Assembly (NCBI GenBank): GCA_013416795.1
Contig: RQSC01000204.1
Location: forward strand, 7,592 to 49,040
From: Prasinococcaceae sp. CCMP 1430
Taxonomy: Eukaryota; Plantae; Prasinodermophyta
Length of the DNA: 41,449 nucleotides
Direction of reading: 5' to 3'
Positions 19,111 to 29,300 of the stretch are shown here, piece after piece (the stretch's first letter is position 1; every line of letters begins with the position of its first letter). The translations under genes were made by a program, and so were the position numbers. Below the pieces are notes generated by a model. It saw nothing but the letters and a program-made list of their open reading frames with translations, made no database searches and was not told the origin of the DNA.

Positions 19111-19950
19111 GGTGGCGGTTGACGGCCCTATAAAACCTGAAACCTCACCCCTAAACCGCGCGGCCGGCCGGACCCTGACTGACCTCGCCCCGAGATTTGG
19201 CCGCAGACCGCCGGTCGATCACACTTTCCAACACTTGTCCGTTCGCGCGGGCTCCATTCTGTTTGACGTGCCGTGAAGTGTGAACGGTTGCCGCCGCCTG
19301 CACCTCGAGGGAGCCGCCTCCCCACTCCCCTCTCCGGCCGGGGGTTCCTCTCACCCATTTCCCCCCCCCCTCCGCCGCTCTGCGCGCTGCGGCGTCCGAT
19401 CGAGCCCCGGTACGGATCCACCCCCACCCACCTCCCCACCGATGCGATGGCGGTGCGGGGCGGGCGGGAATTTCAGAAAAGAAGCGATCAGGGCGGAACT
19501 GGAAATTCGCAGGGGAGGGAGAAACCGCCGCGCGGCGCGGCGGGCGCGAATGCGAATTCCCTATGGCCGAGTGGGTGCTGGGTGGCCGCCTTGGTCGACC
19601 GCCGCGAGCACGTCGGCCTCGTTCATGGTAGTAACCGCGGGGCAGGCGGCGATCGAGCGCGCGCGCGCGCTTCGAAAAAGCGACGCCGGCCGGTCAGCCC
19701 GCTAGCGGGCGGAGCGCGCTGCGCGCGGGCGAGCGGACGGGAGATCGTGGGCGGTGGCGTGCGAGGAGGCGGTCATCGCGTAGCGGCCGCCACGATCGAT
19801 GAGCAGTTCGTCCGGAGTCGCGCTCTCGGCACGCGACTGCGCGGCGCGGCTGCGGCCGCGCCGCGACGCTGCGAACGCGCGGGTCGGCGACACGCTCCCT
19901 CAGCGCTCAGTGCGCCGCCGAGCGAGATCCGCGCCCTCGCACGACGGCGC

Positions 19951-22635
19951 ATGAGCGCGCCCTCCCACGGGCGTTCGGATGCTGACGCCCGCTATGCTGT
20001 TCCTGCCGCTGCCTCGCGCGTCGCCGACCTCGCGGACGCACAGGCGCTGCGCGCGGCGCAGGATGCCAATATCGCCGTCCGCCAGCAGGCGGAGGCGACG
20101 CTGAAGCAATTCCAGGAGACGGCGTACCCTCAGTTCATGCAGACCATGTGCACGCACCTGGCGGGCGAGGAGAACCCCGTGGAAACACGCCAGCTCGCTG
20201 GCCTGCTGCTCAAGAACACGCTCACTGCGAAGGACGAGGCAAGACGCGCCGAGGCGCAACAGAAGTGGAGCACGCTTGACCAGCAGGGGCGCACCGGCGT
20301 CAAGCAGATGATGGTCACCACCCTCGGCTCACCCAACAGGCCGGCGGCCTCGACGGCGGCGCAGGTCGTGTCGAAGATCGCTGCCATCGAGTTCCCGCAC
20401 AAGATGTGGCCGGAGCTTGTGCCCAACCTGCTGTACAACATGAACGAGGGGCAGGCGAGCCTCACGCCGGAGCAGGGGAAGAACCTGAAGCAGGGCACGC
20501 TGGAGGCGCTCGGCTACATATGCGAGGAGGTGGCCGATCCGGACGTGATGGACCAGGCGTCCGTGAACAGCATGCTCACGGCGATCATGGAGGGTATGCG
20601 CAAGGAGATGCACGCAGACGTGCGCGTTGCGGCGACGATCGCGCTCAACAATGCTCTGGAGTTTGCCCACCACAACTTCGAGGTGGAACGGGAGCGCGAC
20701 TACGTCATGCAGGGGCTCTGCGACTGCACGGGCGCGCCGGAGGCGAAGCTGCGCGAGGAGGCCTTCCTGTGCCTCGTCAATATCGTGGGCAGCTACTACA
20801 AGCACATGCAGACCTACTTGGCGAAGATTTTCGAGATCAGCTCCAGGTCGATCAAGCAGGACGAGCAGGACGTGATGCTGGCCGCGATTGAGCTGTGGGT
20901 CACCTTTGCGCAGGAGGAAATCGAGATCCAGGAGGAGATCCAGGAGATTCAGGAGGGCGGGGCCGAGTCACAGCCCCCGGTCCTGCTCAAGTTCATCGAG
21001 CAGGCGCTGGCGTCTATGGTGCCGCTGCTGCTCGCCAACCTCACCAAGCAGGACGAGCACGACGAGGACGACGACGAGTGGAACGAGTCCAAGGCGTCCG
21101 CGCGCTGCCTCGGGCTCGTGAGCGAGTGCGCAGGCGACGCGGTTGTGCCGCTGGTGCTTCCGTACGTGCAGGAGGGCCTGACCAAGCCGGACTGGCGCGC
21201 GAAGGAGGCCGCTACCATGGCGTTCAGTCAGATCCTGGAGGGGCCCGCGCCGGCCACGTTGCAGCCGTTGGTGCAGCAGGCGCTCCCGGTCATGCTGCAA
21301 GCGCTCAAGGACCCCAACATCATGGTCAAGGACTCGACGGCGTGGACCATCGGCCGCATCTGTGAAGTGCTGCACGGTTTTGACCCGCCGGTGCTCAACG
21401 CGGCCGCGATAGAGCAGCTCCTGCGCGAGCTCCTGCCGGTCATCAACGACACGCCGTCTGTGGCCGAGAAGGTGTGCTGGGCCATCCACCAGCTCGCTGC
21501 TGGCTTCACAGACGCGTCGCCCTTGACCCCCTTCTTCTACGACGTGGCCAAGGCGCTGCTCGCGACCGCTGACCGCCCGGTCGAGCGTCAGAGTCGCCTG
21601 CGAACGACGGCCTACGAGACCCTCAATGAGCTCATCACCGTCTGCGCGGACGACTGCCTGCCGTTGGTGCAGCAGCTGCTTCCGGCCATCATGCAGAAGC
21701 TGGAGGGCACCTTCGCCATGCAGGTGGCCACCAATGAGCAGCGCGAAGAGCAGAGTGAACTGCAGGGCCTGCTCAGCGGCGTGCTGGCCATTATCATGCA
21801 GAAGCTGTCGGCCAAGCCACAGACCGCGGGCGTCGTGCGGCAGTCCGCGGACAAGCTGATGGAGCTCTTCCTGCGCGTATTCGCCTGCCGCTCGGCGAGC
21901 GTGCACGAGGAGGCCATGCTGGCGATCGGGCAGCTGGCGGACGCAATCGAAGGCGACTTCCTCAAGCACATGAACACGTTCTACCCCTACTTGGAAACGG
22001 GCCTCAAGAACTTCGGGGAGTACCAGGTGTGCGCCTTGACGGTGGGAGTGGTGAGCGACCTTACGCGGGCCCTGGAGAAGGACCTGCTGCCGTATTGTGA
22101 CGGCATCATTATGCAGCTGCTGAAGAACCTCGAGTCTAACGACTTGCACCGCTCGGTGAAGCCAGCCATCATTTCGTGCTTCGGCGACATCGCGCTCGCG
22201 ATTGGGACCGAGTTCGAGAAGTACCTGCCCTACGTGCTCAACACGCTGAAGAGCGCGTCGGTGCTGGCGATGTCTGAGGACGATGACCTCTACGATTTCG
22301 TCATTGCCCTGCGCCAGGGCATCTTCGAGGCGTACTCAGCCATCTTGCAGGCTTTCACCGGCTCGGGCAAGCTGCAGCACTTGCAAGTCTGCATCGAGCC
22401 GTGCCTGGAGTTCATGCAGCGCGTGTACGCCGACTCAGCCACGAGGGACGAGGACGTGAACAAGGCCGCGCTCGGGGTGCTGGGCGATATGGCGTCGGCG
22501 ATGGGCAAGGGGGCGGCGCCAGCGTTCCAAAGCCGCCAACCTTTCATTCAGGCCATCATCAACGATTTCGGCTCCGGGGAGCACGCCGAGACCGCCCGAT
22601 GGGCACAGAGCGTCATCACCCAGGCCTGCTCGTGA
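19951..22635 (+). CDS. KPNB1: Importin subunit beta-1 (karyopherin beta 1); true start and first exon unresolved
   Basis: IBN_N region VRQQAEATLKQFQE...RQLAGLLLKNTLTAKDE, plus AQVVSKIAAIEFP, TLEALGYICEE, WRAKEAATMAFSQILEGP, VKDSTAWTIGRIC and SVHEEAMLAIG. A branch point (GCTGAC 19981) and acceptor (CACAG 20043) suggest the conserved exon starts at 20044 with a small upstream exon. 19951 is only the nearest in-frame ATG. Confidence 0.93.
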   Translation: MSAPSHGRSDADARYAVPAAASRVADLADAQALRAAQDANIAVRQQAEATLKQFQETAYPQFMQTMCTHLAGEENPVETRQLAGLLLKNTLTAKDEARRAEAQQKWSTLDQQGRTGVKQMMVTTLGSPNRPAASTAAQVVSKIAAIEFPHKMWPELVPNLLYNMNEGQASLTPEQGKNLKQGTLEALGYICEEVADPDVMDQASVNSMLTAIMEGMRKEMHADVRVAATIALNNALEFAHHNFEVERERDYVMQGLCDCTGAPEAKLREEAFLCLVNIVGSYYKHMQTYLAKIFEISSRSIKQDEQDVMLAAIELWVTFAQEEIEIQEEIQEIQEGGAESQPPVLLKFIEQALASMVPLLLANLTKQDEHDEDDDEWNESKASARCLGLVSECAGDAVVPLVLPYVQEGLTKPDWRAKEAATMAFSQILEGPAPATLQPLVQQALPVMLQALKDPNIMVKDSTAWTIGRICEVLHGFDPPVLNAAAIEQLLRELLPVINDTPSVAEKVCWAIHQLAAGFTDASPLTPFFYDVAKALLATADRPVERQSRLRTTAYETLNELITVCADDCLPLVQQLLPAIMQKLEGTFAMQVATNEQREEQSELQGLLSGVLAIIMQKLSAKPQTAGVVRQSADKLMELFLRVFACRSASVHEEAMLAIGQLADAIEGDFLKHMNTFYPYLETGLKNFGEYQVCALTVGVVSDLTRALEKDLLPYCDGIIMQLLKNLESNDLHRSVKPAIISCFGDIALAIGTEFEKYLPYVLNTLKSASVLAMSEDDDLYDFVIALRQGIFEAYSAILQAFTGSGKLQHLQVCIEPCLEFMQRVYADSATRDEDVNKAALGVLGDMASAMGKGAAPAFQSRQPFIQAIINDFGSGEHAETARWAQSVITQACS

Positions 22636-22911
22636 GGCTTCGGCCACAGCACCCTGGGCGGGCGCAGCGCTGGCGCGCGCACTCCGTGCGCGCGCGCGAC
22701 GCAGCAGCTGGGACCTCACGTAATGCCAGCTACGTAACACGCTCTCCCCAGTGGGAAGGTCGTCACGCGGTGCAGCCCGGCGCGCGCCCAGTGCGCTCGC
22801 GCCAACGAGCGGCGCGAGCGGGTGCGCGCGGGTGCACCCACTGGTACGATTGTCTTTGTTACAGGTTACAATTGCCGGCGAGCCCCGGTCCGCCTCTTTG
22901 GTGGCGGTTTG

Positions 22912-24243
22912 CTAGGACGACCCGGCAGCCTCCGCACCGCGTGCCTGGACGCCGTCCTCGACCTTAATACAGAGCAGGCCCACCACCGGGCTGCGGCATA
23001 TGGGACACTTGGAGCCTTGCTGGTAGCGCAGGATGCCCGCGCAGTCGGAGCACAGGCACATGTGGCGGCACGGCATGACGGTAGTGTTCCGCGGCTCACT
23101 CAGACAGATGACGCACTCTTTGCCCTCGTCCAGATCGACGCCCTCAACGGACTCGGCGGAGTGCGCCTCAGACGTGCCTGCGCCGCCGGCAGAGGCGTCG
23201 CTGGAGCGCGAGCCGCCGTCGGGCGCAGCGGTGCCACTCTCCATGCCGTAGATCTCCTGCAGCTCGTACTGCAAGCCGTCCACCCAGATCTTCTGGCGCA
23301 CGACTGAGGTCGCGACACTGTACATGTCGCCGCTTGCCGCGTCCGCTCCCTTGGCCACGCTTCCGACCTCGCCCCTGCGCTCGCCCCCGCCTGTGCCCTC
23401 GTCCTCTCCAGCGGCCCCGCTCGCGCGTGCCTCGTCGCGCAGCGCGAGCGAGACGTAGGTCATCTGGCTCTGCTTCCAGGCCGGCAGCGCGGCGCCGGGT
23501 GCGGGGTCGGCGTCGGTGGCCTGACCGAGCTCGCCCTCGCGCACCTCTAAGCGGATGATGAGGCCGAAGGAGCCCGGCGGAAGCTCCTCGACCGCGCGCG
23601 GTCCTCTGGCGAGCGCGGCGAGGTCGAGGCCGCCGTTCTCGGGCGCGAAGAGTGCGTCGCTCTCGCTGACCCCCGTGCCAACCGCTTCCTTGGTACTGGA
23701 GGGCGGCTGCGATCCTACAGGGGCGCCGAAGCGCTGTGCGAGGCCCTCCGGCCGGTGCCCCCGCCACGCGGCGGCCGACTCGGTCACGCACGCTTTGTCT
23801 GCGTCCTCGCACGCCAGCCACAGCAGCGAGATGTCGCACGGCTTTGCTGCGTCGAAGTCGAACTCGGCGCGCAGCCGTGTGCCGTCGGCGGAGCGCAGCA
23901 CTCGCACGCTGCGCTTCTTGACGTTGACGTTATTCATTATCGTCCGCGTGTCGGTCTGCTCGACACCACTGCTCGCCTCCCCCCCATACTGCCCGTCCCG
24001 CCTCTGCCCATGCCCGTGCAGCTGCTGCGAGTGCGCGCCCGCGTCCGACGCCCGCGGCTGCGCGGCGTACATGGAGCGCAGCGCGCGCGTGCTGCTCTCT
24101 GTGGTAGTGTAACGCGGCGGCGCGGGCGTGGAAGGCCCCTCCGCCGCCGCTGGTGCCGGTGCGATCGCCGCCGCGGTCGCGGGTGCGACCGCGGGCGGCC
24201 CGCGTCGCGAGCCGCGGGCCGCACGAGACTGGCCCGACCCCAT
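22912..24243 (-). CDS. LOG2/LUL (Mahogunin/RNF157-type) RING E3 ubiquitin ligase, predicted N-myristoylated
   Basis: N-terminal MGSGQSR; DAR2-like region NNVNVKKRSV...QKIWVDGLQYELQEIYG; C3HC4 RING CVICLSEPRNTTVMPCRHMCLCSDCAGILRYQQGSKCPICR. Two TGTAA signals (22859-22863 and 22866-22870, minus strand) lie downstream. Confidence 0.92.
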   Translation of the reverse strand: MGSGQSRAARGSRRGPPAVAPATAAAIAPAPAAAEGPSTPAPPRYTTTESSTRALRSMYAAQPRASDAGAHSQQLHGHGQRRDGQYGGEASSGVEQTDTRTIMNNVNVKKRSVRVLRSADGTRLRAEFDFDAAKPCDISLLWLACEDADKACVTESAAAWRGHRPEGLAQRFGAPVGSQPPSSTKEAVGTGVSESDALFAPENGGLDLAALARGPRAVEELPPGSFGLIIRLEVREGELGQATDADPAPGAALPAWKQSQMTYVSLALRDEARASGAAGEDEGTGGGERRGEVGSVAKGADAASGDMYSVATSVVRQKIWVDGLQYELQEIYGMESGTAAPDGGSRSSDASAGGAGTSEAHSAESVEGVDLDEGKECVICLSEPRNTTVMPCRHMCLCSDCAGILRYQQGSKCPICRSPVVGLLCIKVEDGVQARGAEAAGSS

Positions 24244-24718
24244 GGCTTGCGGGCGGGCGCCCCCGCAAGCCGCAACTCACGCGACGCAGAAGGCACAGCA
24301 GGTGCGCTGACCGACGCCTCCGCCTCCGTCCGTCGTGTGGCGCACTTGCCTTCCCTCCCCCACTCCCACCCCCCACACACCACACACACACACCCACGTC
24401 ATCATTCCCCCCTCGCTCGGCAGCATTTCCACCCAGCAAGCAACCGCGCGACCCCTGTTTACTGCCCGAATGACCCGGTACGTGGCGCTGTGTGCGGATA
24501 GATCCGGTCGCGACTCTGTACAGACCGGGGGAGCGGGATTCCCCCTTGCGTGCCCTCGTTCCTTCCCCATCCTTGCAGATCCGCTCGCGCGCGCGATCCA
24601 TGCGGATCTGCTTTGCTTTGGTTTTTATGGGCTACGTGTCGAGGTACCGATCGGGCGCCCAGGCGTCCGGCCGCGCCACAGCGCCGGCGCCGCGCGCCTC
24701 CTCCCCGCGCCGGCAGCC

Positions 24719-26130
24719 ATGAACAACAACCAGGTGACGGAGCGCGCGCTGCGCAACGTGTTCTCGGTGCCCAACTACATCACCTTCGGCAGCAAGGAGT
24801 GCGTCGCGCGCCACGCCGCAGCGGGAGCGGGGCGCCGCTGCGGGAGCGCCGCCCGGGGCGTGCGCTGCCCGGCGGGCGACACCGGAAAAAAAAACAAGTT
24901 GGAGGGAGGGGGGCGCGCGCGCTGTGGGGCGAGCGCTCGTCACCCCCTTGCGCGCGGCATGCCTGCGCCGGCTCCGATGCCCCACCCTGCCGACCTGCGG
25001 GGAGAGAGGCCCGTGAAAAGGCGGGGAAGGGGGGGGAGGGGGGCGTGCAAGCCCCCGGCCCGCGCGGCGCGCGCGAGGGTGCGCGCGCGCGTGCGCGGGT
25101 TCGTTCTCATTCGTTTTTGGTGGGGGGACGCGAGTGCTGGAAGCGGCGCTTTCAGCGCCGCCCCGCTGGCGTTGCGCAGCCGCGGCCAGCCCCGAGAGGG
25201 AAATGCGCTCGCAGCGCGGGTCGGGCGGAGCGCCCGCGACGTCGCTCGAGGCGCCCGCCACTACCCGTGAGTGAAGTCCGGCCGCCGCTGCGAACGCAGG
25301 ACGACCTGCCCCGGGGGCTGCCGCATGCAGCACTCCGGGCTGCACCGCTGTCTCCGGCACGAGGCAGGCCACCTCGCCGCGCCCGGGTCGCGGAGCGCGT
25401 ACTGACAGCTCGACTCGCGACACGGCTGCCGCTTTCACTGCTATGCACCTGCTCGCCCAATCACCAATCGACACGCAGTGCGCCGCTCACCTATGGCAAA
25501 CCGGAGAAAGATCGCTCCAACTTCGGTGGCAAGCAGTTCCTGACCACACCCACGAAGGCCGGGCGCGGCAACGACGCGTACTTCGACCGCACGCATCCCT
25601 GGATCTCGAAAGGCGACAAGTACAGTGACAGGCTGCGCTTCGCGGATTCGCAAAAGGAGAAGAAGAAGGGGTTCGGCACGGGCGACTTCATGCGCCGCTC
25701 GGAGTACACAAACACGATCCGCACAGAGCAGTACCGCGAGCAGCTCAAGGAGGAGTTGCGGCACATTTCTGACAACGCCGGCGAGGGCGAGGAGGTGCAG
25801 GCCGAGCTCGAGGCTGAGATGATGCGACTGACCAAGAAGGCGGACGTACGCAAGCAGGACGCCAACACTGAGCTGTACGACCTGGTGTACGAGACCAAGG
25901 ACAGCGACGAAGGCTATTTCGGCAGCTCCAAGCAGGCGAGGGACACGAAGAACCCCACGCTGCTTGGCACCAAGCGTCACCTGGGCATCTACAAGACCAG
26001 CGCGCAGATGTACGGGGAAAACATCGCCGTGACCGAGCACTCGAAGCCCGATTTCGCTCGCGTGCAAGTCCTGAAGTCGACCTTCTACCGGCCCACCTCC
26101 ATCCCCTTCGCGGTGAAGGAGGACTCATGA
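24719..26130 (+). CDS. Probable ciliary protein of the CFAP96/C4orf47 (DUF4586)-like type, 2 exons (24719..24798, 25479..26130), 243 aa
   Basis: Phase-2 intron 24799..25478 (GTGCGT...ACTGAC...GCAG) joins NVFSVPNYITFGSK to DAPLTYGK...GKQFLTTPTKAGRGNDAYFDR...ISKGDKYSD...GFGTGDFMRRSEYTNTIRTEQYREQLK. The FSxxxYIT / GKQ / YFD / GxxY pattern resembles, from memory, the CFAP96 N-terminus. Confidence 0.6.
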
Positions 26131-26325
26131 GCGCTTCCCGCGCGCGTGACTCCTCACCGATGGATGGCCCCAGGACCGACTCGCGAGCTATGTCAAGGCG
26201 CCAGCAGCAACATTGCGGCAGCAGCCCCGGCCGGTGACACAGCGCCACCACCGGCAAGCGGCCTTCGATGCTCAAAGTATTAATGTACATTGCTTCTTAC
26301 TTCACAATTGCTGGTCTGGCGAGCC

Positions 26326-29300
26326 TCAGCCGAGCCTCAGCGCGCGGATGTTGCCCAGCGAGTTCGCGGCGAGCAGCACATTGTCACGCTGGCGCCAGCA
26401 CACGGCCGACACGAATTGCCCTGCCTCGTCGGCCGTGTCCTGGCCGACGATGGGGTCGGTGCCATGGAAATGCGCCGAACCTAGCGGCGTGGGCAGCGCG
26501 CGAAAGTAGACGTATACGTTGTTGTCCTCCGAGCCGCACGCAATATAGCCCTCCTTGTTCACGGACAGCCCCACAAAGTTCTTCTCGTTGATGTGCCCCG
26601 TGAAGGTCCGCTCACACTCGATCTGGTTGCCCGCGTTGGACGTCAAGCCCCCGCGATTGATGTCCCACAGCTTCAGCGTGTTGTCAGTCGAGGCACTCAC
26701 CACGCGCTGGCCGTCAACAAATGACACGTAGCTGACGGCCTTGTTGTGACCCGCCATCACGAACAGTGGGACGCTTGGCTTGCGCAGGTCGTAGTAGTAC
26801 AGCTTGTAGTCCGCGGAGCCAAAGGCAATCTGGTGCGGGTCGAGCGGGTTGAACTGCACGCAGCACACGTTGGCGTGGCTATTGATCGTCATCACGCTGG
26901 AATCCTGTAGCATGCTCCACACCTTGACGAGGCCGTCATCGCTCCCGCTGATGAGACGCATGGGGTCCGCTGGCGAGAACCCCACGCTCCAGACACGCTT
27001 GCTGTGCTCGTCGTACGCCTTGGTGGGTTTCTGCGTCGACACGTCCCAGATGTGCACCATTCCGTCGTAGTCCGAGGACGCCAGGTGGTTCTTGACGTAC
27101 GGGTTCCATGCGATGCTGCTCAGCTTGCTCTGGCTGCTCATTTCCACCACGGGGAAATTCATGCCCACCCCGGGCCGCTCCATGATGGACCCAAACTCGA
27201 AGACTTTGATCTTTTTGCATACGCCAGCGGTGGCAAAGTACTCTTCGTCGCGATCAAATCCAAGGGAACAGACCATGTTGGCGCTGTTCATCACCCCCCC
27301 GTGCTTGAGCGTCGGTCCAACCTCCAGCCTGCTGTACTTGACGAACTTGGTGAGGTCCTCAGCGAATGTAGGGAGGTGGTCCACGGGGCGGTCAAGAATC
27401 AGCGAGCCGAGCCCCGCGGCGGGGGCGGCTGCCCCCGCCGCCTGCGGCCACGCGGAGGTCGAGGCCCCCTTGGCCGCCCTGGCGTTTTGCGCATTCTTCC
27501 CAAGCGCGGCCCTTCGCACGCGGAAGAAGGCCTCTTGCAACTGGCCCAGGCCCTGGCCCGCAGCAAGCGAATTGCGGAGCATCGAGTTCCCCATGCTGTA
27601 CGACTCATGTCCGACGGGCTGCTTGCGCACCTCCTCGAGCGTCGGCAGGTTGGGGGCGGTGCCCAGTTTGGAGAAGCGGCGCTCCACCTCGAGGATGTCA
27701 GCGTCGATTTGTTTGACCTCCTCCGCGAGCCTACGCGCGCGCGCGCGCTTGGCCTCTTGCTGCTGCTCCAGAAAGTCGAGGCATAGCTCGTGCAGCAGCG
27801 CATGCTCATCGATCTCGAGCAGCGCCCCGCGCTGTGCCAGCGCCTCCTTGGCCTCCTCCAGCACTGCGTCGCTCCCGGTCATGTCGACGGTGGGCCGCGC
27901 GTCCGGGTCTGGATGGAGCAGCCGCAGGATGAAGGTGGCCTCGCGTGGCCGGTCCTCCAGCAGCTCCGGGGGCAGGATACGCATGCGAAGGTCCGCTAGG
28001 AGTTGCTCGCGCTGCTCAAGCGAGCGGTGCGCCGCCATGAGGTCGAAGAAAAGGACGCCAAGTGCATACACATCCGCCGCCGGCGAGGGTTCCTCTCCGT
28101 TGGCAACCTCGGGTGCACGATACCAGTCCTCCTCGCTCATACCGCTACCGAGGTTGCGACGCTGCGCGCGCATGCGCTGTGACCCCCCCGAGGAGGCTGC
28201 GCCTCCATTGACTGGTCGGCAGAGCGCATCACCATATCCCAAAGGAGGAAGCGCCTGTTCACGCGAAGACAGGGTTCGCTGTTCCATTGGCAGCCGCGCT
28301 TCACGCAAACCGTCCGCCTCGGATGGCTGCGCGCGTGCCAGCACTGCCGGTTGGCGACCCATCGGAGCGTCGGTGGCCTGCTGCGGTTGCAGCTGTGAGC
28401 CAGCGGGTCCCGCCCCATCTCGCTGCAGGTGTTGCGCTCGGGCTCCTTCCGTAAAAGACGAGGGGCGCGGCGACGACGGAGTGGGATTGAGAAACGAGAC
28501 ACGCCCGTTTGGGAACACGCGCAGCAACGATGGTCGCACGCAGCCTAGGATCGCACCGCGCTTGTGCGCCTCTCTGACGAGCTCGACGACGTTCCTGAAG
28601 GCGTGCAGACGATCCACCTTGTCTAGCATGGCATCGTCCGACAGAATGACGTCGCGAAGCGTGACGCACGGTGCGTCGCCGTCGTCCCCATCACGGGCGG
28701 CCGCGTGAGGTAGTGGGCGGGCGAGCTCGCCGGGGCGATGGAGTGCCCGAGCTGCTCGCAGCGTCGAAGCCAGCAATTCGTCGAACGATTCGTGCTCCCA
28801 CGAGCCCTCGTCTGACGTCGCCAGCTGCCGCTGCTGCCGCCGGTCCGGCTGCAGCTGCTCTGCCCGCTCCTGCTGCTGCTCCGCCTGCTGCCCATGCCGC
28901 TGCGGGTCTGGTTGCGCACGCCCGCCGCCACCTCCGTGCCCCCCACTGGCGTCGACGCCATTCGCGCCACCCGCCTCGGCCGCGACAGCAGCGGCCTTGC
29001 CACCCGTGCCATCAAGCCGCTGGCGTTTCGCGGCCCTCTCCCTGTCGTCGCCAATAAGTGACAGTACTGCCTCGCGCGGTGGGCTCATTTGACCCTGCCC
29101 AGCCTCGACTTTGCTGCGCGTGCGCGCCAACGCGGGCCCGGTGTCGGGCACAGGGATGGCATCCGTCGGCTCCTGTGCACCCTCTTCGGCGCCCGCGATG
29201 CTCGCGGGCCGCGGCTCAAGAGGGGTCTTTCGTCGCCTCCACACGTGTTGCCAGATGTTCTGTAGCTCCTTCTTAGTGACGGGCTTGAGCAGGTAGTCCT

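Noticed and set aside
19273-20043. 257-codon in-frame N-terminal extension of importin beta
   Set aside because: It is Arg/Gly/Ala-rich, non-conserved and typical of stop-poor GC-rich DNA. A branch point and acceptor at 19981-20043 indicate intron or UTR. A candidate ATG GCG|GTGCGG mini-exon at 19447-19452 is unproven.
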